Shown piece by piece: positions 15,413-25,046 of a stretch of 64,000 nt of DNA (within the stretch, counting starts at the first letter, position 1; each line of letters begins with the position of its first letter). The position numbers and the translations under genes are program-made. The DNA lies in contig CAYSKI010000020.1 in the NCBI GenBank assembly GCA_964431695.1, positions 1,877-65,876 of the forward strand, written 5' to 3'. The notes beneath the pieces are model-generated. The model saw only the letters and a program-made list of their open reading frames with translations, was not told the DNA's origin and made no database searches. The stretch is from an uncultured Pirellulales bacterium (GTDB lineage Bacteria > Planctomycetota > Phycisphaerae > Sedimentisphaerales > Anaerobacaceae).

Positions 15413-17182
15413 ATGATTGGCAACAGCCAAAAAACATGCCACGGCAAATATATCACGTGGACTGTGGCTTTTGCAGTTGTTTTATGGGCTGGAGGGTATG
15501 TACACCTCTCGGCTCAGACAAACACAGAAGACGAAGCCACGGAAACTCTCAACAAGCTCCAAATCCAAATTCAGGACGTCGCCGAACCAAATGTTCCCAT
15601 GCCGGAAGTTTATAAAAACCCGCCGGAGATCATCGAGCAGATTGTCGGCGGCAAATCGGAGTGGAAATTATTTTATTTCTGCAAATATCAACCATCCGAT
15701 GAGTTAAAAAAGATTATTCACGAGCAATTCGCAACGAAGCTTTTTGATAAAAAAGGAAAAGATACACAAATCCCGGACTACAATATCAGCAGTAATCCTG
15801 CGACCAATCAGCTAATCGCCAGATGCCCGGCCCGCGAAGATGCCGAAGCGGTGCTCGAAACGCTAAATCAGGTAGATGTCCCTCCGATCCAGGTCAAGAT
15901 AGACTGCCTTATCTCCGAGATTTATGCGGATTTCACATTCGACCGGGAAACAACAATCGCTATTGAAAATTTAGTCGGCGAAAACGTTTCGTTAAAACCG
16001 GGAGGGACGGCTTTCGGCGACGATGTCCAGCAACTCATAGCGGACGATGAATATCTGGCGGCCTTTCCGGGTGCGTCTCTGAGGGAACTTATTCGTTCGA
16101 GAATGGGGCTCAAAATCGGATATTCGAGCACAGCCCATGAATTTACGGCCCTGGTGGACCTGCTTGAGTCAAGAGGATTTCTGAAAATCCTGATGAATCC
16201 CACACTCGAAATTGTCAACGGCAAAACAGCCATTGTTAAATCCTCCCAGCATGTCCCTTTACAAAAAGTTACCAAGACCATACCCGGTGCCGGTGCGACA
16301 TCAGTTGTCCTGACCGAAACGGAATATGTCGATGTCAACGATTCCCTTCAAATCACACCTCATGTCTTTGCCGACGGTTATATCGGTCTTGAAACCAGCA
16401 TCGTTCTCGGCGCAAAAAATACTCCCGACGGTGTCAAGCAGGTACCTATCCTGACCAAAAAGCAAATCAACAGCAAAGAAAACCGCATACGACCCGGCGA
16501 GAGTCTTATTATAGGCGGAATAAGGAAGACCGAAAAATTTGGTGTCGCCCGCGGTGTCCCGCTACTCAAGGACCTCCCCCTTATCGGCTTTCTCTTCTCC
16601 GGCGAAGATACCGAGCAGCGGGCCGTCGAGACTGTGTTCATCCTGACTCCGACCATTTCCACAAACGGCAGGCCGCGGGAGGAAATCATGGCCGAGATTC
16701 GAAGAAAACACGAAGCGACACCATCCGCCAATGGTATTGCCGATATGATAATGGATCCGTTCGGCATAAAAGACCGAGAACATGCCCAGGAACAAAAGAC
16801 GATTGAAGCCGAGCAGGCTCGCCATAAGGCCGAAGTGGAAAAGGCAGATGCCCAAATAGCCGTAAGGCAGGCCGACGAGCGTCTCAGGAAGGCCGAAGAA
16901 GAACTCCAGCGAACGAAAAACGAGGCAGAGGAAACTAAAGCGGCAGCGGAAAAAAAGGCTGCCGAAGCCGATGAAAAAACCAGGGCCGCCGAACAGGCCA
17001 TAACCGCCGCAGACAAGGCGATAGCCGATGCCAAACAGGCACAGGAGCGGACAGATCAAAATAAAGCAGAGAATGATGAAAAGAGCAGTTCTGATAAACC
17101 CGCGGCGGTAGAAGCGAGAAAACCACAGGAAGAATCAGAAGAAGTAAAAAACGAAAACGCCAAGGATGATTCCGAAGCTTAG
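15413..17182 (+). CDS. secretin (type II/III secretion system family, CpaC/PilQ-like) with long C-terminal coiled-coil tail
   Basis: Signal peptide; one secretin_N-like module (NQLIARCPAREDAEAVLETLNQVDVPPIQVKIDCLISEI). Secretin core ENRIRPGESLIIGGIRK..GVPLLKDLPLIGFLFSG..ETVFILTPTI. It ends with about 160 aa of K/E/A-rich heptad-like sequence. Confidence 0.85.
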   Translation: MIGNSQKTCHGKYITWTVAFAVVLWAGGYVHLSAQTNTEDEATETLNKLQIQIQDVAEPNVPMPEVYKNPPEIIEQIVGGKSEWKLFYFCKYQPSDELKKIIHEQFATKLFDKKGKDTQIPDYNISSNPATNQLIARCPAREDAEAVLETLNQVDVPPIQVKIDCLISEIYADFTFDRETTIAIENLVGENVSLKPGGTAFGDDVQQLIADDEYLAAFPGASLRELIRSRMGLKIGYSSTAHEFTALVDLLESRGFLKILMNPTLEIVNGKTAIVKSSQHVPLQKVTKTIPGAGATSVVLTETEYVDVNDSLQITPHVFADGYIGLETSIVLGAKNTPDGVKQVPILTKKQINSKENRIRPGESLIIGGIRKTEKFGVARGVPLLKDLPLIGFLFSGEDTEQRAVETVFILTPTISTNGRPREEIMAEIRRKHEATPSANGIADMIMDPFGIKDREHAQEQKTIEAEQARHKAEVEKADAQIAVRQADERLRKAEEELQRTKNEAEETKAAAEKKAAEADEKTRAAEQAITAADKAIADAKQAQERTDQNKAENDEKSSSDKPAAVEARKPQEESEEVKNENAKDDSEA

Positions 17183-17203
17183 CTGTTCTTAAAAAAAGGA
17201 AAT

Positions 17204-17238
17204 AAAACTTTCGATAAAATCTTATCGAAAGTTTTTTT
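17204..17238 (+). terminator. rho-independent terminator after the secretin gene
   Basis: 14-bp stem aaaactttcgataa/ttatcgaaagtttt, loop aatc, followed by a T-run. Confidence 0.85.
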
Positions 17239-17302
17239 ATAACGTTCCGTCATAATCCCGTTACAATAACGGAAATAAAAATTCTTTTCTGGAGAGAGTT
17301 CT

Positions 17303-17728
17303 ATGGATAACTTCGAAAGCGGCAATCTTGATAACCTAAACTTAAACAATCCGACACCAATCGATAACGACTCCGACAAACCGATTCCTCTCGACGCCGC
17401 CGGGGCCGATGAAACGGGTATTTCGCATTCCCCTCTGGATTTGGGCAGCAGCAGAGCAGTGGAAATCCCAAAGTCCGAAGCACCAAGACAAGTCGCAACA
17501 ACAAAGCCCACACCAAAAACGGGCCCGGTAGTGACCGGTGAACGAATTATAGGCGTCAAAACCTTCTTTACAAAGCTTCATCCCGGAGCAATCAATTTTC
17601 TTGACGAACAGATCACCGAATGGCTGAAAAAAAATCCGGATATTTCAATAAAACGAACAAACGTGACCGTCGGTGAAATTCAGGCCAAAAAAACCGAGCC
17701 TAACATCCTGATTACCGTCTGGTATTGA
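17303..17728 (+). CDS. hypothetical protein (disordered N-terminal half, compact ~60-aa C-terminal domain)
   Basis: ATG after GGAGAGAG. The N-terminus is D/N/P-rich. The C-terminus is GVKTFFTKLHPGAINFLDEQITEWLKKNPDISIKRTNVTVGEIQ..ILITVWY. Confidence 0.55.
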   Translation: MDNFESGNLDNLNLNNPTPIDNDSDKPIPLDAAGADETGISHSPLDLGSSRAVEIPKSEAPRQVATTKPTPKTGPVVTGERIIGVKTFFTKLHPGAINFLDEQITEWLKKNPDISIKRTNVTVGEIQAKKTEPNILITVWY

Positions 17729-17994
17729 TGAAATACCTCTCTAAAGCCCTTAACCGAGGCCTCTGCCGGGCTTAGGATGGACTTCCGGGAATTGCAGCTA
17801 CCGAAAATTTTCTCTATTAGAGCAATCCGGAACCTCTATTTTAACATCCTCACAGGGAAAAAACCCTCACATACGGAAAAAAATCTTCTTATAAAAATTC
17901 TTGACAATTTTTACAATTTATATTAGTTTCTTACGTTTGTCCGTTTGTGTAGGGCATGATAAGCCTGATTTTATAAGTTTTTTTGGAGATTTTT

Positions 17995-18855
17995 GTGGCT
18001 AAAGAGCTAACTCGGAAATTGATCAATGCAGGGGTGCATTTTGGACACGCAGTGAGCCGATGGAATCCTAAAATGGCTCCGTTTATCTTCGCAAAGCGCG
18101 GTACTATTCACATTATCGATGTCAAAAAAACTCTGAAAGGACTGCTCATAGCCAAGAAACTCCTCGCCGAGGTTGTCTCTTCCGGCAAAGATGTCGTCTT
18201 TGTGGGTACAAAACGTCAGGCTCAAAAGGCCGTCGAGGTCGCGGCTCAAAAGTGCGGGATGCATTACGTTTCTCAGCGCTGGCTCGGCGGGATGCTCACG
18301 AATTTCAGAACGGTTCGGTCCCGCCTTCAGCGACTCGAACAGCTTGAAGCCATGATCGAGGACGGAACCCTGGACAGCGAGAGTAAAAAGCAGGCATCGA
18401 GACTCAAACGCGAAATGAGAAAGATCAAATCCAACCTCCAGGGAGTGCGAAATATGTCTCGTTTGCCCGGCGCCGTTGTGGTGATTGATGCGAAAAAAGA
18501 ATATCTTGCTCTGCGTGAGGCCAAGAAACTCGGGATCGCCACCGTAGGAATTCTCGATACCGATTCGGACCCCGACACGGTAGATGTGGCCATTCCGGCC
18601 AACGATGATTCCATCAGATCCGTTGACCTGCTCCTTAACGAGCTGGCCGATGCGGTTGCGATTGGCAAAACAATGGTTGCCGCCCGCCAGGAACAGACAC
18701 CACGTCCCAGACGAACCCGCTCGAAGAGAGCTGTGCTGGCCCGTGCAAAAAGAGACAAACCGGAAACCGATGATACGATCGACGAACAAAGCCGGATTCT
18801 GGCCTCCGATCCAGGTTCACAAAGCCATCCGGCCGAACAACAGGAATCCAAGTAA
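17995..18855 (+). CDS. rpsB: 30S ribosomal protein S2
   Basis: LINAGVHFGH, RWLGGMLTNF, VVVIDAKKEYLALREAKKLGI. GTG at 17995 lies 6 nt after GGAG; the longest ORF starts at a TTG at 17983. There is a basic/acidic C-terminal extension. Confidence 0.95.
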   Translation: MAKELTRKLINAGVHFGHAVSRWNPKMAPFIFAKRGTIHIIDVKKTLKGLLIAKKLLAEVVSSGKDVVFVGTKRQAQKAVEVAAQKCGMHYVSQRWLGGMLTNFRTVRSRLQRLEQLEAMIEDGTLDSESKKQASRLKREMRKIKSNLQGVRNMSRLPGAVVVIDAKKEYLALREAKKLGIATVGILDTDSDPDTVDVAIPANDDSIRSVDLLLNELADAVAIGKTMVAARQEQTPRPRRTRSKRAVLARAKRDKPETDDTIDEQSRILASDPGSQSHPAEQQESK

Positions 18856-19011
18856 ACAGATAAAAGAGCAAACAAGGCTCTATTATTAGCGGCCTCTTTC
18901 GATTTTGAACCGGATTTCTGAACACCGGTTGGTCTAAATGCAAATATCGAATTCCAGTTAGGGAAATTTCCTTATAACAAAATAAGCGATACGAAAACAG
19001 GAGTTTTTAAG

Positions 19012-19878
19012 ATGGTGGAAATTTCAGCAGCAATGGTTATGAAGCTACGAAAAATGTCCGGACAGGGAATGATGGATTGCAAAAAGGCGCTTCAGGAAGC
19101 CAACGGAGAGATTACTGAGGCTATGAATATACTTCGAAAAAAAGGTCTTGCAACTTTAGCCAAGCGTGCCGAGCGGGAGACATCTCAGGGTCTGATCGTA
19201 AGCAAAAGCAGCGCCGACGGCAGGACGGCTGCGATGGCAATGCTTTGCTGCGAGACCGATTTTGTAGCCAAAAGCGACGACTTCATGGCGACGGCTAAAA
19301 CTTTAGCCGAATACGCTCTTGCCTGCCCGGCCGATAAGGGCCCGGAGAATATTCTGGAGACAACCGTCGATGGGAAAAAATTCAACGACCTGCTAACCGA
19401 AACGGTCAGCAAGACCGGCGAAAAAACACAGGTCGGAGACTACTCAAAATACAAACTCGACGGGCCGGGCCTGATAAGCACATATATCCACTTCAACGAA
19501 AAAGTCGGTACAATGGTTCAGATCGATACCTCCGATGACAAAACCGCCGATGCGGATACTTTAAAGCGCACGGCAAATGATATAGCAATGCATATTACTG
19601 CGACCAAGCCGCTGGCCTTAAACAAGGACCAGATCGATGCCGAGACAATCGAACGCGAGAAGGCAATTTTCGCCGAACAGGTGAAAAACAAGCCCGAGAA
19701 CATCATCGAAAAAATCGTCCAGGGCAAAATACAGAAATTCTTTGCCGAGAATTGCCTATTGCAGCAGCCGTTCGTAAAAGACGACAGTAAAACCGTCGAG
19801 CAGGTTCTCGCCGAAGCCGCAAAACAAGCGGGAGGCGAAGCTAAAATAGCAAGATTCGTACGTTTTGAAGTTGGATAA
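19012..19878 (+). CDS. tsf: translation elongation factor Ts
   Basis: ISAAMVMKLRKMSGQGMMDCKKALQEANGEITEAMNILRKKG UBA-like N-terminus, in the conserved rpsB-tsf context. Confidence 0.95.
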   Translation: MVEISAAMVMKLRKMSGQGMMDCKKALQEANGEITEAMNILRKKGLATLAKRAERETSQGLIVSKSSADGRTAAMAMLCCETDFVAKSDDFMATAKTLAEYALACPADKGPENILETTVDGKKFNDLLTETVSKTGEKTQVGDYSKYKLDGPGLISTYIHFNEKVGTMVQIDTSDDKTADADTLKRTANDIAMHITATKPLALNKDQIDAETIEREKAIFAEQVKNKPENIIEKIVQGKIQKFFAENCLLQQPFVKDDSKTVEQVLAEAAKQAGGEAKIARFVRFEVG

Positions 19879-19976
19879 AAATCGTATCTCGAACGATGGA
19901 TCAGAGGTCCGAAAGTAGAAGGCCGAAGACAGAGGTCTGATTTCCGACCTTCGACTTCCGGCTCCCGACAAAACAA

Positions 19977-20699
19977 ATGGAAAAAAGTAAATATAAACGT
20001 GTGTTGTTGAAACTCTCCGGCGAAAGTTTTTGTAAGCCCGGACAATTAGGAATTGACGGCGCCGCCCTTGCCTCCATAGCCGAGAGGATCGCCGAAATAT
20101 GCAAAATCGGCCCGCAGGTCGCGGTCGTCGTCGGAGCCGGTAATTTCCTTCGCGGAGAGAATTTCTCCCAGGTCAGCCAGATACCGAGAAACACGGCAGA
20201 TTACATGGGTATGCTGGCCACGATAATCAACGCCTGCGCGCTTCAGGAAACACTCGAGAAAATCGGCCAGGAAACAAGGGTCCTAAGCGCAATAGAAGTT
20301 CCCGCTATGTGTGAGGGATTCATCCGTAGAAGAGCACTTCGTCACCTTGAACGCGGCAGAGTCGCTATCTTAGCCGGCGGCACAGGAAATCCTTTCTTTA
20401 CCACCGACACCTGTGCGGCTCTGAGGGCCTCGGAACTCGATGTGGACCTGCTTATCAAAGCAACAAAGGTCCAGGGCGTTTACAGCGACGATCCCAAGAA
20501 AAATCCGGATGCAAAACTCTTTGACGAATTACCATACGAACAGGTCCTGGCTCAAAACCTTCGCATAATGGATCATTCCGCCATCAGTCTCTGCCGGGAT
20601 AATAATATTCCTATTGTCGTGCTGAATATTTTCGAAAAAGGAAATATAACCAAAGCCCTTTGCGGACAGCAGGTCGGCACACTAATCGTTGCGAAATGA
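19977..20699 (+). CDS. pyrH: UMP kinase
   Basis: YKRVLLKLSGE, VVVGAGNFLRG, AILAGGTGNPFFTTDTCAALRA. Confidence 0.95.
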   Translation: MEKSKYKRVLLKLSGESFCKPGQLGIDGAALASIAERIAEICKIGPQVAVVVGAGNFLRGENFSQVSQIPRNTADYMGMLATIINACALQETLEKIGQETRVLSAIEVPAMCEGFIRRRALRHLERGRVAILAGGTGNPFFTTDTCAALRASELDVDLLIKATKVQGVYSDDPKKNPDAKLFDELPYEQVLAQNLRIMDHSAISLCRDNNIPIVVLNIFEKGNITKALCGQQVGTLIVAK

Positions 20700-20707
20700 G
20701 GTTGAAT

Positions 20708-21268
20708 ATGCCTACGAAAGAAATAGTCTCCGATACGGAATCCAAAATGAAAAAAGCGGTCGAAATTCTGCATGACGAGCTAAAGGCGGTACGCAGCGGC
20801 AGGGCCTCGACCGGACTTGTCGAAAATATCAAGGCCGATTTCTACGGGACGCCGACACCTTTGAAACAAATGGCGACACTGGCGACACCACAGGCGGACA
20901 TGATTGTGATTAAGCCGTTTGACCCGAGTTCGGTTAAAGATATAGAAAAGGCTATCAAAAACAGCGATTTGAGTATCGCTCCGATTATTGACGGAAAAAT
21001 AATCAGACTTAATATCCCGGCACTAAGCGAGGAAAGAAGACGGCAATTAGTTCAACAGGCCAAACAAAACGGCGAACAGTCAAAAGTCATTGTTCGTAAT
21101 ATCCGAAGAGATGCGATCAAGCATCTCGAAAAACAGCAAAAGGACAAAATCATCACCGAGGATGATCTCGAAAAAGGAAAAAAGCAAATCGACGATATCA
21201 CCAAGCAATACACCGACAAAGTTGACGAAGTAGTTCAACACAAATCAGACGAGATTATGCTCGATTGA
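20708..21268 (+). CDS. frr: ribosome recycling factor
   Basis: MKKAVEILHDELKAVRSGRAS..LNIPALSEERRRQLVQQAK..VIVRNIRRDA. ATG at 20708; the longest ORF overlaps pyrH. Confidence 0.95.
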   Translation: MPTKEIVSDTESKMKKAVEILHDELKAVRSGRASTGLVENIKADFYGTPTPLKQMATLATPQADMIVIKPFDPSSVKDIEKAIKNSDLSIAPIIDGKIIRLNIPALSEERRRQLVQQAKQNGEQSKVIVRNIRRDAIKHLEKQQKDKIITEDDLEKGKKQIDDITKQYTDKVDEVVQHKSDEIMLD

Positions 21269-21356
21269 TTTATGCCATAAGTTTCGAAGCACATGTGCTC
21301 AGGGTAAAACCGAAGCACGTAATATTCTCGCTCACAATTTTTTGGGGGCTACGAAG

Positions 21357-24300
21357 ATGAAAGCAGAAAAAAGCACACAAGCCAAACGGCCCAAAAAAAC
21401 CGGCAGACGAATCATCCAGATTGTATCGGCTCTATTCGTCGTTCTAATCGTATTCGTATTTCTGCTGGCGCCCGTATTTATTTCCTCCGAGAAAGGCCGG
21501 CAGATAATCCTGGCACAGATAAACAAATCGATCGAAGGCCGGGCCGATTTCACCGATCTGTCGATGGGCTGGTTTAAGGGAATCAAGATTGCAGACCTGA
21601 GCTTCGATGACACTTCCGGCGAAATTTCCGTCAAGGTCAAACAAATCGCCACTGAACCACATTATGGCTCACTTTTGACAGGCAACCTGTCATTCGGCCA
21701 AACCACCATCGACGAGCCAAGAGTCCGGATAAATCTCAAGGAAAAGCCGCCTGCCGAAATCACTCCCGCGACGGAACCTAAAACCGTTCCGAAGGAAACG
21801 GCGGGTATCGCGCTTGTCACTGATATCACGGTCAACAACGGCAACGTAAAAGTCACGGACACAAAAAATAAAACCGTCGAGCTGGCACAGATAAACTCCA
21901 ATATAAATTTAAAACCTCCGGGAAAACAGTCGAGCTTCGATTTGAATATGATTGTGGCGGCCAATGACAAACAATCCAAAGTCCAGGCCGAAGGTCGAAT
22001 CACACCCGTTAAGACAAAAGAAAAATCCGGCTGGACCTTCGAAGCCGCCGACGGCGACCTGACTGTTGAGGTCAACGACCTGGACCTCGAATCCCTGGAG
22101 TCGTTCTTTGCTTTGGCAGGTGTTGACATCCAGACCAAAGGTGATATTTCAGCCAACCTTAAAGGTCAACTGGTTAACGGCCAAATCGAAAATGTCACCG
22201 GAACAGTCAGGGGAACAAACCTCGATATAACCACAGCGGCATTAAAAGGCGATCATTTGAAAACCAAGGTTCTCGACGCCGATATAAATCTCGCCCGTAA
22301 AGGTCAAATGATGAACATCAACAATCTAAATGTTACAACCGACTGGGCTAATCTACAGGCCACGGGCTCACTGCCAACAACCATAGAATCAATGGACAGC
22401 TTCCTCGCATCCGATTCGAATTATGATTTAAATGGAACGTTCAATTGCAACATCGCCTCGCTTGCTTCCCAGATGCCTCATACCATAGGACTCAAAGAAG
22501 GCACGACGGTATCATCAGGCATAATAAACGGCACAATTAAAACCGCGACGCAAAACGGAAAAAAACAAATCCAGGCCGAAGCGGAATTGACGAATTTAAA
22601 AGGCCTTGTGGAAGGAAAGGAAGTCTCACTTTCTCAGCCAATAAGGGCTTCCGCGCGAGTTTCTCCCGATAAGGCCGGAATAAATATTGATAATTTCGAC
22701 CTAACGGCCTCGTTCGCGAAAATTAACGCCAGCGGCAATCTCGATCAGATAAAATTCGATGCTCAGGCCGACATGGCCAGGCTGCAGAGCGAGTTCGGAC
22801 AATTTGTTGATATCGGCCCCTACAAAATCGCCGGGCAGTTGACAGAAGCCGGAGAAGTCTCGCTCAACGATAAAACAATTACCCTTTCCGCATCCTCGAC
22901 CGTCAAAGGGCTGAATATCACAGGGCCTAACAATGTGACTGCTTCCGTACCAACCGGCGAAGCGACTTATGCCCTTAATTACGACAGGGAAAACAGTATC
23001 CTTAATATTAATTCACTCGACGCCGGAATGAGTTTCGGCCGTGTTAATATCAAAGACGCGGTTGTGCCTCTCAAGAAAGAGACCTCCAAGGCATTCGACA
23101 TGATTGTCAATGCCCAACAAATAGACCTTGGCAAGCTGCGGCCTTTCGCCGTTTTGTTCGGCGGGGTACCTGAGAAAATAGAGCTGTCCGGTATCGCAGA
23201 ATCGCAGGTTTCAATTAGTTCCCAAAAACAGATATATACGATCAAGTCCGACTCGACAAAAATCACAAATCTTAAGTTTGCTTATCCTGAAAAGAAACCT
23301 TTTGAGCAAAAAGAGGTTTCGATGGCTTTTGATGCCGAAATTGATCCCGTAAAGGAAAGATTCAAATTAAATGGTTACCAGTTGGATAGCCCTCAATTCA
23401 AAATCCGCAAAGGAACGTTCAGCATGATGAACAAGGACGGGAAAACCGAACTGGCCGGGCAACTTGATTTGGAATATGACTGGTCGGCGGTAAGTGCCCT
23501 TGCCGGTCAGTTTTTGCCCGAGGACCTTGTACTCCAGGGGACAAGAAAAGACAGAATAAGTTTCGCCAGCGAATATCCCACCGACCAGAAAGATCAACTT
23601 TTATCAAACCTCAGCGCCAACGCCGGACTTGGTTTCGAGAAAGCCGATTACATGGGTCTTGATTTCGGGCCCACGGATGTGAATATTGTCGTCCAAAACG
23701 GCCTGCTGAAAATTGTGCCGTTCAAAACAACCGTCAACGAAGGCCAATTTAATTTCGGCGCCCAGGCAGACTTCAAGCAACAACCTGCGTTGTTTAAGAC
23801 GGCCGAACCAATGCAGATTATGAAAGACATAAGAATCAACGACCAGACAACCGGAAAGCTGCTGAAGTATCTTAATCCTATTTTTGCCGATGCCGCAAAC
23901 GTCAATGGTATTGCAAATCTTAACTGCGAGAAGCTCAGCATACCACTGAATGCAGCGGCCAAGAACAAGGCGGAGATTGTCGGCACGGTTTCCATAAGCC
24001 AATTGAACCTTCAGACCTCCGATTTTCTCGGGCAGCTTCTTACAGTGGTCGGGGGTGGTGTCCGGGGAACTATCATAACAATTCATCCCACAAGGTTCGT
24101 TTTACGCGACGGGTATCTCAGATACGACGACATGCAAATGGACATCGGTGACAATCCGGTTAATTTCAAAGGTGTCATCGGCCTGGATAAATCCATAGAG
24201 GAAATGTCAGTGACATTACCTTATACGACTGAAGGCAGGACGATAAGGACAGGAAGTCAAAGCGCCAGAAGAATTACGCTGCCTATCACCGGCACTGTCG

Positions 24301-24398
24301 ATAATCCGAAGCTCGATGTTGGAAAACTGCTCGAAAACCAGCTCAAACAGGAACTGGAAAACCAGATATTAAAAGGCCTTGAAGATATATTCGGGTGA
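21357..24398 (+). CDS. AsmA-family / TamB-like large envelope protein
   Basis: N-terminal TM anchor (IIQIVSALFVVLIVFVFLLAPVF), a long beta-rich repetitive body, and a C-terminus ITLPITGTVDNPKLDV like the AsmA C-terminal motif. Confidence 0.7.
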   Translation: MKAEKSTQAKRPKKTGRRIIQIVSALFVVLIVFVFLLAPVFISSEKGRQIILAQINKSIEGRADFTDLSMGWFKGIKIADLSFDDTSGEISVKVKQIATEPHYGSLLTGNLSFGQTTIDEPRVRINLKEKPPAEITPATEPKTVPKETAGIALVTDITVNNGNVKVTDTKNKTVELAQINSNINLKPPGKQSSFDLNMIVAANDKQSKVQAEGRITPVKTKEKSGWTFEAADGDLTVEVNDLDLESLESFFALAGVDIQTKGDISANLKGQLVNGQIENVTGTVRGTNLDITTAALKGDHLKTKVLDADINLARKGQMMNINNLNVTTDWANLQATGSLPTTIESMDSFLASDSNYDLNGTFNCNIASLASQMPHTIGLKEGTTVSSGIINGTIKTATQNGKKQIQAEAELTNLKGLVEGKEVSLSQPIRASARVSPDKAGINIDNFDLTASFAKINASGNLDQIKFDAQADMARLQSEFGQFVDIGPYKIAGQLTEAGEVSLNDKTITLSASSTVKGLNITGPNNVTASVPTGEATYALNYDRENSILNINSLDAGMSFGRVNIKDAVVPLKKETSKAFDMIVNAQQIDLGKLRPFAVLFGGVPEKIELSGIAESQVSISSQKQIYTIKSDSTKITNLKFAYPEKKPFEQKEVSMAFDAEIDPVKERFKLNGYQLDSPQFKIRKGTFSMMNKDGKTELAGQLDLEYDWSAVSALAGQFLPEDLVLQGTRKDRISFASEYPTDQKDQLLSNLSANAGLGFEKADYMGLDFGPTDVNIVVQNGLLKIVPFKTTVNEGQFNFGAQADFKQQPALFKTAEPMQIMKDIRINDQTTGKLLKYLNPIFADAANVNGIANLNCEKLSIPLNAAAKNKAEIVGTVSISQLNLQTSDFLGQLLTVVGGGVRGTIITIHPTRFVLRDGYLRYDDMQMDIGDNPVNFKGVIGLDKSIEEMSVTLPYTTEGRTIRTGSQSARRITLPITGTVDNPKLDVGKLLENQLKQELENQILKGLEDIFG

Positions 24399-24427
24399 TA
24401 ATAATTACGATAAACCTTCCACGTTAA

Positions 24428-24589
24428 AACCTGCCGGGACTGGGAAAGCCCGCGAGTGACATCGATATCGAGGCTAAATCCGCCGGACAGATTTCTTACG
24501 CACAGGATTGGGAATTCGAGAACGTCACTATCAAGACGACCGACAACAGCACATTGGACGTCGGAAATTCCAGTGACATGAATCTGTAA
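24428..24589 (+). pseudogene. possible remnant of the C-terminus of a beta-helix glycoside hydrolase (GH28-like)
   Basis: A start-less 53-codon frame reads ..DIDIEAKSAGQISYAQDWEFENVTIKTTDNSTLDVGNSSDMNL*. This resembles polygalacturonase/pectin-lyase-fold C-termini. It is very short and the assignment is from memory only. Confidence 0.3.
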
Positions 24590-24623
24590 TAAAAAATGGC
24601 CGAGTTTCAAGCTCGACCCTTTA

Positions 24624-24965
24624 ATGAATTTACAAAAGTCGGAATCTCTGGAGCTGCGCACCGTTGAAGAACTGCTTAGACATTTAGCAGAGACGATAGT
24701 CCCGCAGACACAAATACGATTCAGCTTATACGAAGAACCGCGTTATCGAGCCGCCCTGCGAACGCAGCTCGGTGACAATCCCATACCGGCGGCCATAGCA
24801 GGTGTCCTGAATCCACGACCGAAAATCTACGGCGACGGCATTATCGCCGCTGCCGTCATCTACCTCGAGCCTTGGGCCGCGACACAATCAGGACAAAAAA
24901 TCGAGCTTTCAGATTTCTCCCCTCTGCTCGATTTGCTGCCAAAAAAAGAAAACAAGTCTCAATAG
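24624..24965 (+). CDS. hypothetical protein
   Basis: 113-aa ORF followed by a strong hairpin terminator. No family recognised. Confidence 0.45.
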   Translation: MNLQKSESLELRTVEELLRHLAETIVPQTQIRFSLYEEPRYRAALRTQLGDNPIPAAIAGVLNPRPKIYGDGIIAAAVIYLEPWAATQSGQKIELSDFSPLLDLLPKKENKSQ

Positions 24966-24989
24966 CAACTAATTTAACCTTACACAAAA

Positions 24990-25019
24990 AAAAGGCCGGA
25001 CTAAACGGCCCGGCCTTTT
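24990..25019. terminator. bidirectional hairpin terminator between convergent genes
   Basis: aaaaggccgg (24990-24999) pairs with ccggcctttt (25010-25019), with A-/T-runs on both sides. Confidence 0.75.
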
Positions 25020-25046
25020 GGATTATATTGCGTTTGGGTTTGTCTG

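Noticed and set aside
16378-17059. 218-aa and 165-aa minus-strand ORFs opposite the secretin tail.
   Set aside because: The low-complexity GAA/GCC-rich coding repeats of the tail keep all frames open. The products are Ser/Ala/Phe low-complexity sequence.
18007-18875. 260-aa and 182-aa ORFs antisense to rpsB.
   Set aside because: They overlap a highly conserved ribosomal protein gene. They have no start context and no recognisable domains.
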